Assembly: GCF_004010195.1 (NCBI RefSeq)
Contig: NC_057758.1
Span: 5,904,150 to 5,968,149 of the forward strand
Length of the DNA stretch: 64,000 bases
Direction: 5' to 3'
Source of the DNA: Chiloscyllium plagiosum
Taxonomy: Eukaryota
Shown piece by piece: positions 51,161 to 63,776 of the stretch. The stretch's first letter is position 1, and each line of letters opens with the position of its first letter. The position numbers were made by a program, and so were the translations under genes. A model generated the notes under the pieces. It had not been told where the DNA came from. It saw nothing but the letters and a program-made list of their open reading frames with translations, and did no database searches.

Positions 51161-54100
51161 TTCTTGAAGATCTACATTAATGACTTGGATTTGAAAGCAG
51201 ATGGTATTATTTGTAGGTTTGCAGATGATATGGAAGGTGAGGGCTTTGTCCACAGTGAGGGGAATGGGCTCAGGTTACAGTCTGATGTCGATCAGATGAT
51301 AAACTGAGAATAGTGGCAGGTGTAGTTTACTACGGATCAGTGTGAGGTAATACCTCGGAAGATCTTATCAGTGAAGAACATACTTAATGAATTGAAGAAT
51401 GAAGAGAACTTGACGTACAAGTCCATAAATTTCTGAAGAAGCCTGCACAAGCTGACAAGGTGGGGAATAAATCAGAACTGGGAGAGGAAGGGAGCCCTAC
51501 TTCATGGTGGGGAGTGTTGCTAGAGCTACTTGAGAGGGTTTAACCTAATCTGGCAAGAGTGCAGGATTTTAAACACTCATACGGCCTGAAAGACGGTTAA
51601 CGTTGGTCCACAAGTTAAATAGAGCAATTTAAATAGACAAGGCAGTAAAGAGCACAGCCGGCAATGAGGAAAAACTGAATTAATAACCTGCATTTATTTC
51701 AAAGGAAGAGGCCTGACATCTAAGGCAGATAACTCAGGTCATGAATGGGAACATGGGATTGGGATATTGTCGGTATTACAGAAACACAGTGAGGGAAGGG
51801 CAGGACTGGCAGGTGAATGCTCGACGTCACTGATGCAACAGGAATGGCTGATAAGAAGGCAAGAGAGGAGAATTGTTGGTGATTTTGACTGGGGAATCAT
51901 CACAAAAACTAGTTATTCGTGCAGGATCGCCCAGTTAATCTGTAGTAGTGGATTTGAGAAATATGAATGCTTCGACACATTGATGTAATTGTACTGCAGG
52001 TCCCCAATAGTCAGTGGGAGATTTGAAGCAAATACATCGGGAGATTTCAGATATCTGTAATAATGATAGGGTTGGAATGGTTGAGGACTTTAACTTTCTA
52101 TTTTAACTGGGACTGCTATGCAGTTAGTTGAGAGCAATCTGTTGAATGTATTCAAGGAAAGTTTCTCAATCAATGTGTAAATGGCACATCTGGAGAAAGG
52201 GGTAAAACCTGACCTCCCCTTGCGAAAAGAGGTAGAGAGAGGCACTAAAGTATTCGTGGAGGAACACTTTGGCAAAGTGAGCACAATTCTTTTAGTTTGA
52301 AAATAGTTATGGAAAAGGACAGGCCTAGTCGACAAGTAATGTTATAAACTGTGGCAAGGCCAATCTTGATTGCATTGGGCAAGAACTTTCTAAAGTTGAT
52401 TGGTGAGTTTTCCAGGTAAAAGCAAGTCTAGCAAGTGGGAATACTATAAAAGTGAGATAAAATGAGCGTTTATGTCCATCATGTTCCTGTTGTGTGCAGG
52501 ACAATGCTGATAGAAAATTTGGGGAAAAATCTGGCTGACTATTGAGGCTCTGGTAAAGATACAGGAGGCAGATTTCAGGTGTAGCCAACTATATCAAGTG
52601 AATTCCTTGAGCAGCATATGGGCATAAGAATGCATCTTTAATGGAAACCAGGAAGGCAAAACGGGAAATGAAAATAGCTTTAGCAAAGAAAGTTACGGAG
52701 AATTGCAAGTGATTCTACAAGCGTATTAAGGGCACAAGAGTTAAAAGGGGCAAAATAAGGGGCCAAACCATCAATGAGGTCATCGATATGTGGAACATCA
52801 AGAGTTGGGTAAGATCCGAAGCAAATATTTCATTTCAGAACTTCCTGTGGAAAAAGACTGAGAACTCACGGAATGGAACAGTGGTGGCAATTACTGGAAT
52901 ATTGTTTGCAATTTTGATCTGCCTTTGACAGTTGAAAGCTTTGAGAAAATATTTGCCAGGACGTTGCCAGGGTTAGAGTGTTTGAGCGTCAGGGAGAAAT
53001 TGAATACGCTGGGGTTGTTCTCCCTGGAGCATCAGGGGTTCAGTGATGACCTCATAGACGTTTATAACATCATGGGGGAACATGGAAAACGAAACTAGAC
53101 AAGTTTTTTTTCCGCAGTATATTTGCTTCCAAAATGAGAGGGCATATGGTTCAGATGTTCGGGGATAAAAAAATGGTCTTGCAAAAACGCTTTAACGCGC
53201 AGGGTGATGCATGTATGGAATGAGCAGTGACAGGGAGTGTCAGAGACTGTTACAATTGTACTATTCAAAAGGCATCGGAATGGGTGTGTGAATAGAAAGG
53301 ATTTAAAGGCAGATTTGCCAAATACTGAAAAATGGGACTTCATTTATCACGGTTATCTGGTCAGCATGGACGAGTTGGTTCGGAGGGTCTTTCTTTTTGT
53401 ACTGTATATCTCCAAGACATTATGTCTGGAAAACAGATCACATTACAAAAGAGGCGATGATCTTGGTGTTAAAACACAAAATGGAGATATGTCCACAGAA
53501 CATGATCAAGTGTATCTCAGGACATTGCGAGAATTTCAGCAGGAAATTGCAGGGACCCTCGCAGATATATTTCGAATATTGAGAGCCATATGTGATGTGC
53601 TGGAATACGGGAGGCTAGCACATTGGACATGAAAGGAAATGGATATTGATGTATTGGGTGAAAAAGGCTGAAAAACTGCAAATGGAGTTCAATATGGGTG
53701 AACCTGAGGTAATGTATTTTCGTACAACAAACAGGGATAGAGCTTATATTATTAATGGTAGGGTCTTTGGTAGTGTTACAGAACAGGTGAGCTCAGGATT
53801 CGGGTGCATACGTCTTTGAAGTTTGCATCACATACAGACAATTTGGTTAGAATGTATGTGTGGCACGCTCGCCTCCATTGGGGGATTTCAAATGGGGACT
53901 CACATTTTTAAGATTAGAGGAGAGATATTTATTTTAAAATAAGACACAAAGGGCAAATTGTTACGCAAAGGATTGCTTATGTGTGGATCAGGACACAATG
54001 AAGGCAGAGCAGCAGATGTCCTGACTTCAGCAAGGCTTTGATGAGGTTTAGCATGGCACACTCGTCAGTAAGGTAAGATCACATTCGGTCTGGTAGAGTT

Positions 54101-54308
54101 GGCCAAATGGACACACAATTAAATTGACGTTGGAGACAGAAGGTGTTGAGAGAGAGGTTTGTTGTTATGATTGAATTCCTGCGGCCAGCAGTGTGCCGAA
54201 ATTATCGATGCTGGCACCATTGGTGGACATCATCCAGAGAAACAAGTTTGGTGACCATGTAACAGCCACTATAAGTTAAATGGTGAATGCCAAAATTAGT
54301 GGCATAGT

Positions 54309-54512
54309 CGCAAGGTTTGTAGCTCAGGTTGAGGTTTAGGGTGTAGGTTTGCTTGCTGAGCTGTAGTTTTGATATCCAGACGTTTCATTACCTGGCTAGG
54401 TAACATCATCAGTGACGACCGTCACTTGGAATTCGCCACTGATGATGTTACCTAGCCAGGTAATGAAACGTCTGGATATCAAAACAACAGCTCAGCGAGC
54501 AAACCTATACCT
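54309..54512. mobile_element. Penelope-derived hairpin element: 79-bp inverted arms, each with an intact hammerhead core
   Basis: Arms at 54340-54418 and 54433-54511; core CTGATGA-T-GTTACC-TAGCCA-GGTAAT-GAAACGTC on both strands; 13-bp TSD TTAGTGGCATAGT at 54296-54308 and 54513-54525. Confidence 0.9.
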
Positions 54513-55159
54513 TTAGTGGCATAGTGCCAGTGAGTACAATTATTGAAGGGACTCTTGATCAACTTGGACAGTGGGCCAAGAAATGAAAGATGGAGTTTAA
54601 TTCAGATGTTAGATTTGTTAAGAGAAACCAGGGAGGTCTAACACAGTTAAATGTAGATCCTGCGTAGTGTCGTCAAACAGAGAGAGATCAAGGGGTGTGG
54701 TTGCATTGCTACTTAGAAGTGGAATCACAGGTGGACAGAGTAAGTGAATGCAGCATTTTGCACGATTACCCTTATGGGTCAGAGCAGAGCGTACATGAGT
54801 TGGAGATATTTGTAACATTGTCCTCAATATTTCCTTAGGCAGAGGAGGCTACGGGGTGACCTTCGAAAGATTTATGAAACCATGCCGTTGTGGGGTAAGT
54901 CAGGTGAATTGCTAAGTGTAGTCGAACCCAAAACTAGGGATATATTATGAGGTGAGACAGCAAAGAATTAAAATGGAAGCTGATGGGCAATGTTATCCAC
55001 AGAGGATGAATCATAGATGGTATGAACTGCCAGAGGAAATGGGTAGAAACAAAAACAATTGCAGCATGCAAAAGGCATGAGTGCAGGAACATGGAGAGGA
55101 ACAGGTTGGAAGGGGTATACGTCAAAAGGAGGCAAATGCGCCTCCTACGCTTATGAAAG

Positions 55160-55805
55160 ACTTATGAAAGCTGAAGAAAACATGCAGTGTGTCAGGTTTC
55201 ATTGGTAGTGGGATTGAGTTCCGGAATCGCAATATCATGCTGCAACTATACAAAACGCTGGTACGGCCACACTTGGAATATTGTATATATTTCTGGTCGC
55301 CACATTACAGAAAGAATGTGGAAGCATTGGAAATGGTGCAGAGGAGATTTACCAGGATGTTGCCTGGTCTGGAGGGAAGGTCTTTTGAGGAAAGACTGAG
55401 AGACTTGTGTCTGTTCTCATTGAAAAGAAGAAGGGTTAGTGGGGAGTTGATAGAGACATACAAGATGATCAGAGGATTAGATAGGGTAGACAGGGAAATA
55501 TGTTTTCCCTACGATGATGACGTCAGCTTGTACCAGAGGACACAACTACAAATTGAGGGGTAATAGTTTTAAGACAGACGTCAGAGGCAAGTTCTTTATG
55601 CAGAGAGTCGTAAGGGCGTGGAATGCCCTACCTGCTAAGCTAGTCAATTCAGCCACATTAGGGAGATTTAAACAACCAACAGGTAAGCACATGGACGATT
55701 TTGGGATAGTGTAAGTGGACGAGCTGAGAATAGTTTACAGGTCGGCGCAACATTGTGGGGCGAAGGGCCTGTTCTGCGCTGTATTGCTCTATGTTCTATG
55801 TTCTA
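55160..55805 (+). mobile_element. Younger CR1 3' fragment
   Basis: MLQLYKTLVRPHLEYCIYFWSPHYRK..LEMVQRRFTRMLPG; TRGHNYKL; (TTCTATG)n tail. Confidence 0.92.
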
Positions 55806-58799
55806 AAGTTTGTTAGCGTGGATGACGTGGGCCGAATGGTCTGGTTCCGTGCTACATGACTCTATGTCTCCAGTTATCAGAGGAGAAGACTACTGAGATG
55901 AGGATGTTGTAGAAATTGAAGAAGTTTCACCGACGGTCGTGTGGATTGGAGGATGTTTCAAATATGTGGAGGGATTGTCGAGATGGAAGTAGATTACAGG
56001 AACAGGAACTCTTATAGGTGTTAGAATGATTGAATACACCTATTCACAAGACATGTCATAAGTACAGTGATGGAGAGGGAACACAGTATAGGAAGATCCC
56101 AGGCAGTTTACCAAACTATCGTGGAAGTCCTACTTTGAGCTCTGTTGTACTGATCCTCACTAATACAGCACAGGCCTGGATTGATAACTGTGAGCTCCCT
56201 CTGTTGTCTTAGTACAATAGACTTCAAGTAGGGTTAGTGATTGAGCCTGGTATTTTTTCAACTGTACACCTCCTCCAGCACTGTTTTTTATGTCAAGTCT
56301 GTTAGTCATTGTTTGTATCCCTCATATTGCTCTGTGGTCTGTGCACTGTAAGTGATTTCACCTCGCTGCAGGACTTATTTAAATGTCTAGATCTTCCTAC
56401 CCATTGTCTATCTGGCTGAACAACCATCTTCAATGTGGTGACGAGGGAGACACCCAGCAGTTGCAAAAGAATTGATTCAGGATCTTACTGACTACAGCGC
56501 AAATCGAGGGCCGTAGTGCCTGTTCTGCGCTGTATTTTTCTATGTTCTATGTTCTTTGTTCTACCTGTGGGAGACAGTAAAATAGACAAAATCTGAAATT
56601 AAACTGATGACGTGAGGGTTACACATGGAGAATGACACTGAATCCCGGAGTGACCTGGAGAGTCCATGTCTCCATCCTTGGCCTGTGCAGCCTCGTTTCT
56701 GCATTGTAGTGTTCTGTTGGCTCAGGGGCTGGGTAGCTGTAACAGCGAGAGGCGCTGTCAGTGGCAGCAATTAGATCAACATAGTGATGAACATCACATG
56801 GAGGGTGACTGAGTGATATCAAAACAGTGCAGTAAAACTTCAGTATTAAATAATTGTGCGGGATGAAGTGGGTTTTGATTCAGGGTGCACTGGGATGAGC
56901 AGATTGTGAGCAGGCGAAATGGTGGCCTAGTCGTATTATCACCATACAATTTACACAAAAACTCAGTTGATTCGAATCCCACTATTACAAGTGGTCTATA
57001 GTGAATTAGATGCTTCGGAAAGAAAATGTAATTAAAAATCTGCAAATGAGTATTAAACAACTGCTGATGTTAAAAAATCCATCTGTCGCAATCTTGCCCT
57101 TTATGCAAGGCCATCTGCCATCCTCACCTGCTCTGGGCATCATGATATATCTCCACAACAACAGCAATGTGGTTGCCTCTGAACCGACTATTGAAAGGGC
57201 TCAGCAAGCCACTCCATTCAAGTGCAACTAGAAGTAGGTAAGAAATGCTGTCCAACCAGAGACACCCAAATCCCACGAATGAATAAAAAAAATTCCATTG
57301 GCTTGGCACCACTGGAACAGTGCACAGACCAGTGTCCTGGTCAATCGTGTCATTAAGTTTGTGGACAGGGCTTTTAATTGACCGAGAGATTGCAAGGACA
57401 GTGTTCAGCTGAAAGGAGCTTTCCAAATCTAAAGTGGAAAGGTGATGCTTTGGAACAGCATGAGGATGTGAATGAAGACAAACAGGAAATTCTGGTCAAA
57501 AGAAATGTTTCATCGTTTTTTTTTGGAATGGAAAAATATCTCAATGAATTGTGACATTGAGATAAATGAGATTTAATCACCAGAGAGACGTGCTTACACG
57601 ATTAACAAAAAATGGAACATTAATATTCAAAGGTACGCTCAGGCAGAATAAGAAAGCAGGATGGGTAACAATGAAAGTAATGGATAACAAAGCCATTACA
57701 GAAAAAGCATTTCACACATTCTATGCAGCTGAATCAATATCAATGCATATTTTGGTAAATACGTGTCAAAAGTACAAGTAGCTGAACAGTTCTAGGGCGA
57801 CAAACGGCAGTTTTATGATTATCACTGAATTGAAGAGGAATTACTTAGTATTTGTAACAAAGCCAGTGTGATAATTTTATGAGACTTCAATGGTCATATT
57901 ATCTTAGATACTCAACTTGGCAAGACTGATATTCGGAAAGGAGTTCAGAGAACTGTTTTGTCAGTATCTCTTTGAATAACACATTGTGCAATTTGGTTCG
58001 GGACGTAACTATCTCAGGTCGCCCTTTCTGCGATGAAGCTGAGTGAGTAAGCCGTGCCACATCGGGAGATCCTCCGGGAAATTGTGATATAATGAAATTC
58101 AAATCAGTTCCGAAGTTAAAATGACTAGAGGAAGGACAAGCTAAATTGGAACAGAAACATAAATAGTTTCCTGTAAGTGAACTGTGGAATACATTTGAAG
58201 AACCAAAACATGAGCAAAAAGACATGCTATTGAAACAGTAAAAAATACAGCAAAAAATTCACGTCTGACCCTCACTTAGGACAGAAACGATCCGGTTAAA
58301 ATCAGAGAGATTCAGAACGCTTCTGAAGACAAAACGATCAGTTTTAAAGAACATTTCTCGTTTATTAACAGACAATGGGCTACCAAAATATGGAAGTCAT
58401 GGTAAAGGGGATTGCAATATGTCTCCGAGCAGGAGGAGTGTAGTCACAAGTCGACACATTGTCAAACTTTAAGGAGATGATAGAAACAGGGAGGGTTCAC
58501 TGTGCTGGAAGTGGTGAGTCGACATTTGAAGTGGCAGGGGCCTCAATTATGTTTTTAAAAAGTACGATTTTCTGCAGCTTGAGGTATTTGCAGAGGAAAC
58601 ATGTCCACATCCATTCTTAGGGTGAGGGTACAAGTGGATGGGCGATCAAACTTTGCTCACCGGTACTTGCCCAGAGGCGGCTCAGTATCACCAATATTGC
58701 CGTGAGATGGGCGTTACATTTTGGCCAAACCAGGAAAAAATACCGACTGTCCTTCAATAATGGATATCAGAGAAAGAGTTAAGTATTTTTCCAGATAAT

Positions 58800-59730
58800 C
58801 AACAATGCGTTGTGAGTAGTCTCAACAATGTCCTGCACAGTTCCAATATGACAAACCAACACTTATTGTCTATTATCAGACCAATGAAGGCAAGTGTGCC
58901 AAATGCTTTCGCCACCTCTCTGTCTGCCTGTGACGCCACTGTTAACAAACTATATGCCTGCAGCCTAAGCTTCTGTGTCTGACAACAGTAGGCAGAGTCC
59001 TAGCACTGAAGATTGAAGTCATGCCATGTTTCTTTCCGATCAGAACGCAGCACCTTAAACTAATCTCAATAAATGTCTGTCTGCTATTCCTGAGACCACC
59101 TGCCCAACTGATCAACATCACGTTGGACTTTTAAATAATCTCCATCACTGTCCAAAATTCCACCAACTTTAGTATTACCCACAAACTTACTGATCCTGCC
59201 TCCAATATTCTCATCCAACTCATTTCTATAAATAACAAACAACATTGTTCCAGCACTCATCCTTGTGGCACACCACTGGTCATGGGTCTCTGATCAGAAC
59301 AATAAACCTCTCCCACCACTCTCTGTTTTCTATCGTCAAGCCAATGTTGTATTCGGTTGGTGAGATTTCCATGGATGCAGTGTGATTGACGATCCAAACA
59401 TAACTGCCAGGGATTGAGCAATTTCTTCCCTAGCTTCCCACAATGTCCTGGGACACACCTGATGTGGACCTGAGTTGTTATCTGTCTAAATTCATTGCAA
59501 ACCGTCCAGCACCTCATGTTCTCTAATACGAACTCTTTTAAAGACATCAGTATTTTTTTCCCGAGGTGCCCGAACTTCCATGTCTTTCTCCACAACAAAC
59601 ACTGACATGAAACGGTTTTGTTTACGATCTCATCCATTTCCATTAGTTCCACACACACACTGTCTGGTTGATATGTAGTGGGCCATACTCTCTCCGTACT
59701 GGCTCTTCAGTCTTTGTTGTACCTTATCCA
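58800..59730 (-). mobile_element. Decayed CR1 fragment
   Basis: IQHWLDDRKQRVV...TSGVPQG. Confidence 0.8.
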
Positions 59731-60689
59731 AAGACTTCTGAAAAGTGAAATCAGCCATTTCATCCCACCTCCACTCCCCTCTCCCACATTTATTTAATAT
59801 ACAATTTATAACCACAGCAAATAATCAAATCTAACATATTCATCGAGATCTTTCTCTTCTAGAAAATGAGTGTTCAATTGTTTCCAATGGTCCAGTTATT
59901 GCTGAATGCATTACACTTAATATTACATTGCAGCACTTTCACAGCTTACTGCCAGGCCTTGGGGACAATGACCGAAGTAGGGACGTCGATTGAGAATTAA
60001 TGAAGTTACTAATATCGAGTGTACAGAGTTAGCAAGTTTTATTCACCGGTCATTGTTAACGAGAGTCAATCTCAGTGGCTGGAAGTGGTGACAGCAATTA
60101 AGGGGACGCATATACATCTATGGATTGCTTTACTGGCTGCAGAAGGTGACAGAATAATGAAGGAGAATACTGACAGTTGGGAGTTAGCCATAGTGACTAT
60201 TTTAGTGATGGAACTTTGTCACAGAAAATATTGCAGAGATTTGGCGAGGTGACACACGCAGGGAGATTTCAAGTGGCTTCACGATGTTGCACAAAGGAAT
60301 GGTTGGCAGGGAAGTGTCTCGGAACTGGATGGTTTTAAACAGACAGATATGTTTGCAGAGATGATACAAGATTAGAGGGAGTGAGGAGGTGTAGGACAGT
60401 ATGGAGGAGTGCTATGACGACTTGAGAAGTTTACAGTGATATCATGTGCAGTAGAGCCTGGAGAAAAATGCACAGATGGAGAGGTTGTTGAGGGCTGGAG
60501 GTTGTTACAGAGACAGGGTGAGTTGTAGTAACTGAAGAAGTTTTAGACAGTTTAGCTGAGACTTGGAAGGCCGAAGGGCCTGTTCCTGGGCTGTCTTTGT
60601 TCTTTTTACTAATATTCACGAAATATCTTTGGCAGATAATGTTATGGAGCCTCAGCCGGAAATGGGGTTCATGTCGCACTGCAGGTGAC

Positions 60690-60819
60690 NNNNNNNNNNN
60701 NNNNNNNNNNNNNNNNNNNNNNNNNNNNNNNNNNNNNNNNNNNNNNNNNNNNNNNNNNNNNNNNNNNNNNNNNNNNNNNNNNNNNNNNNNNNNNNNNNNN
60801 NNNNNNNNNNNNNNNNNNN
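60690..60819. other. Assembly gap (130 N)
   Basis: Run of N. Confidence 0.99.
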
Positions 60820-61116
60820 CCTCAGGCACACACGCATATGTCTCTCTTTTCACGCCCCCACCGCACCCCGTCACGTGCATACACACAGAATCAAGTCTAT
60901 GGAGTGAATTTTCATTCATAGAATCGCAATTGCAGGTACATTTTATTTTCTTGAATACTTACACAATCTGCAGGCAGTCAATGCACGCAGTCAGTACATG
61001 TAACATTTCATAAATTCAGACTTTGAAAGTAGAACTAAACTGGCTCAAGATTGGGGTACAACCCTCTAACCTCAAACCATAAATGCAATGTTTGAGCTGA
61101 GATGTCACTTCATAAT

Positions 61117-61365
61117 GTCGATTGGGATCTGAGGATTAAAAACTGCTCCCAGTGTGGCCTGCTCAAAGTAGGTTGAGACTTCTTTATTACATAGTGCACA
61201 CAGTGTGTTTTGCTCAATATAGATTGGTGCATGCAGATTTCACGGTGTGCTCAATGTGGGCTGCTCAATGTAGATTGAGAACTCAGGAATACATAGTGCT
61301 CCACTGTGCTTTGTCAAATGTAGATTGGGACCTGAGGAGTGCACACTGCTCCCAGTGTTGTCTCC
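61117..61365 (+). repeat. Degenerate 51-bp minisatellite, about 5 copies
   Basis: GTAGATTG-like unit starts at 61117, 61168, 61219, 61270 and 61320. Confidence 0.8.
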
Positions 61366-61981
61366 CCAAAGGAGAGCACAGAAGTGCACAGAGCTGTTCG
61401 TGGGACTATCAAAGATAGAGAAAACGCAGAAGGGTAGACATTCTCTCAGTGTCCTCGACACAAGTCACATGAGTGGATAAAAAGGGATTAACACAAATCG
61501 AACAGTTGTTGAATAAATTATAATATCTCAAATAATTTGTTGTGTGAAAGTATCTATCAAAGATGATTTTCACACTGAATCATTGGAATAGAGATTAGGA
61601 GCAACAGACCAAATGCTCTCCTGAAGTTGTACGAATCAGGGGCAGGTTTCAAAGAGGAGAGGGAGATGAATAGGGCAACGGCGGAATAGTTACAGATTAC
61701 ATCTCTGGATGCTGAAGGCATGCCTCAAATTGTGAATTGAGACAAATCTGGGATTGGGCAGGATTCGAAATTTTTGAAGCTCGGGGTATCAGGGAGAATG
61801 TTGGAGCTGAAAGAAACGGAGATAAGGAGAAACGTCTTCAGCCAGAGAGTACTGACCCAATGGAATTCATTGCCACAGAAGGCTGTGGATGCCATGCCCC
61901 TGAATATTGATATGAAGTGGAAGATAGCTGCTGTCCCTTTTAAGAGTGATTTTCATTTTGTACTTAGAGCTTACAAGCACA

Positions 61982-63276
61982 TGTCTTATGATAAACTAAC
62001 AGCTCCAGTAGCAAGTTGGAAATATGTAACATTTTGGTGTGAAATAAACACCTGAGTTGATCGCTGTTTTATCAATAATACGAATTTAACCAATCAGATT
62101 AAATCTTTCGGCCGAATACGAAAATCCAATCGAGTTTGCATTTATTGTTTTGTCAGCATTGAAGTAATGAGACGATGCAGTTTTGTGGAATAAAAAAATG
62201 CAAGCAGTTTGAAAGTCAGTCAGAGCATCTGTCATTTGAAACACTACTTATTAAAGGTACCTTTCCATGTGAAACATATTCACAGTTATAGACAGATAAC
62301 GACCCAAGGAAAACGTCTTGCCAAAGGAAGAAAGACAACAAAGACGACAGCCTCTGTATGGTTTTGTAATTAAGTTGTTGTAATTTTAATCAGTGTTTCA
62401 TTGGAACAGTATATTATGATAGAGTTGGACGCAGATAAAAGGCACTCAAGGGATGGAGGTGCGATAAGAGTTGCGCATAGTTGTTGTTTTCCTGGTCACT
62501 TCTAAAGTTAATAATTACGTTCATATAACTTTCTGAAAATGGTGGAATTTGGGAGGTTTGTGGCACTCATTTTTTAACAGATTACGAGGGGAGGTGGGCA
62601 TTTCTGTGCGTTTGGTTTAATTAACAGAAGGTTTCACCGCCATGCCATAACAGTTTGTGGGTTTGGGTCCGTGGCTTAGACAGGTGTTGACATATCTAGT
62701 CTGAGATTTGGACAGCTTTGAACATATTTGGGAAACTAAAAATCCCAGCAGATTTAAACGATTGTCGATTAGGTTCCTCGATGTATAAATAAAACGTAGG
62801 TGAATTGTTTTAGTTGTGGTTAGTTAAATTAAAGGTAGCGAAATGGATCCTAAGATTACCAAAGGTGTTCTACGTTTTGGAGATGATTCCCAAATTTGCC
62901 AAGAAAGTTTAGAAAGACAGAAGAAAGCCATACTTTTATAATTAGGCCTTAGGTTAGAATTGAGGCGAACCAGGGACAAAAAGAAAGGTAAATATGCAAT
63001 GGAGTTAATCAGTCACTTACTTGTATTAGGGAAATAGGCAAGTGCAGTTACGTTTGAAAAGTTTAAGTTACAATTGAGGCGAATGGCCTCACAAGATAAA
63101 GAAACAGAGAAAGAGAGAAAAAAAGAGAAAGAGAGAGAAGAGCAAAAGAGAATAGAGAGAGCGGAGAAAGAAAGACAGAGAAGGTTATTAGCTGATCAAA
63201 GAGAAAGATAGAAGGAAGAGAGGGAGTGGGAAAGAGAATTTGGACTTCAGAAGTTGAGAATTAGTCAGGAAAGACA
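61982..63276 (+). mobile_element. Gypsy (Gmr1-like) LTR retrotransposon remnant: putative 5' LTR, degenerate PBS and start of gag
   Basis: Putative LTR end CATAACA at 62652, then GTTTGTGGGTTTGGGTCCG. From ATG 62843 one frame with 3 stops: MDPKITK...KKAILL*LGLRLEL...SHL...EKFKLQL...EKEREE...EREFGLQKL. The LTR start is uncertain. Confidence 0.6.
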
Positions 63277-63776
63277 NNNNNNNNNNNNNNNNNNNNNNNN
63301 NNNNNNNNNNNNNNNNNNNNNNNNNNNNNNNNNNNNNNNNNNNNNNNNNNNNNNNNNNNNNNNNNNNNNNNNNNNNNNNNNNNNNNNNNNNNNNNNNNNN
63401 NNNNNNNNNNNNNNNNNNNNNNNNNNNNNNNNNNNNNNNNNNNNNNNNNNNNNNNNNNNNNNNNNNNNNNNNNNNNNNNNNNNNNNNNNNNNNNNNNNNN
63501 NNNNNNNNNNNNNNNNNNNNNNNNNNNNNNNNNNNNNNNNNNNNNNNNNNNNNNNNNNNNNNNNNNNNNNNNNNNNNNNNNNNNNNNNNNNNNNNNNNNN
63601 NNNNNNNNNNNNNNNNNNNNNNNNNNNNNNNNNNNNNNNNNNNNNNNNNNNNNNNNNNNNNNNNNNNNNNNNNNNNNNNNNNNNNNNNNNNNNNNNNNNN
63701 NNNNNNNNNNNNNNNNNNNNNNNNNNNNNNNNNNNNNNNNNNNNNNNNNNNNNNNNNNNNNNNNNNNNNNNNNNNN
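63277..63776. other. Assembly gap (500 N)
   Basis: Run of N. Confidence 0.99.

Larger units (their letters stand above)
49900..55150 (+). mobile_element. Array of decayed CR1 fragments
   Basis: CAGCATGGTTTT (QHGF), GACTTTGACAAGGT, TTTGCAGATGAT (FADD), FKRHRNG, EIAGTLADIF. Confidence 0.75.
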
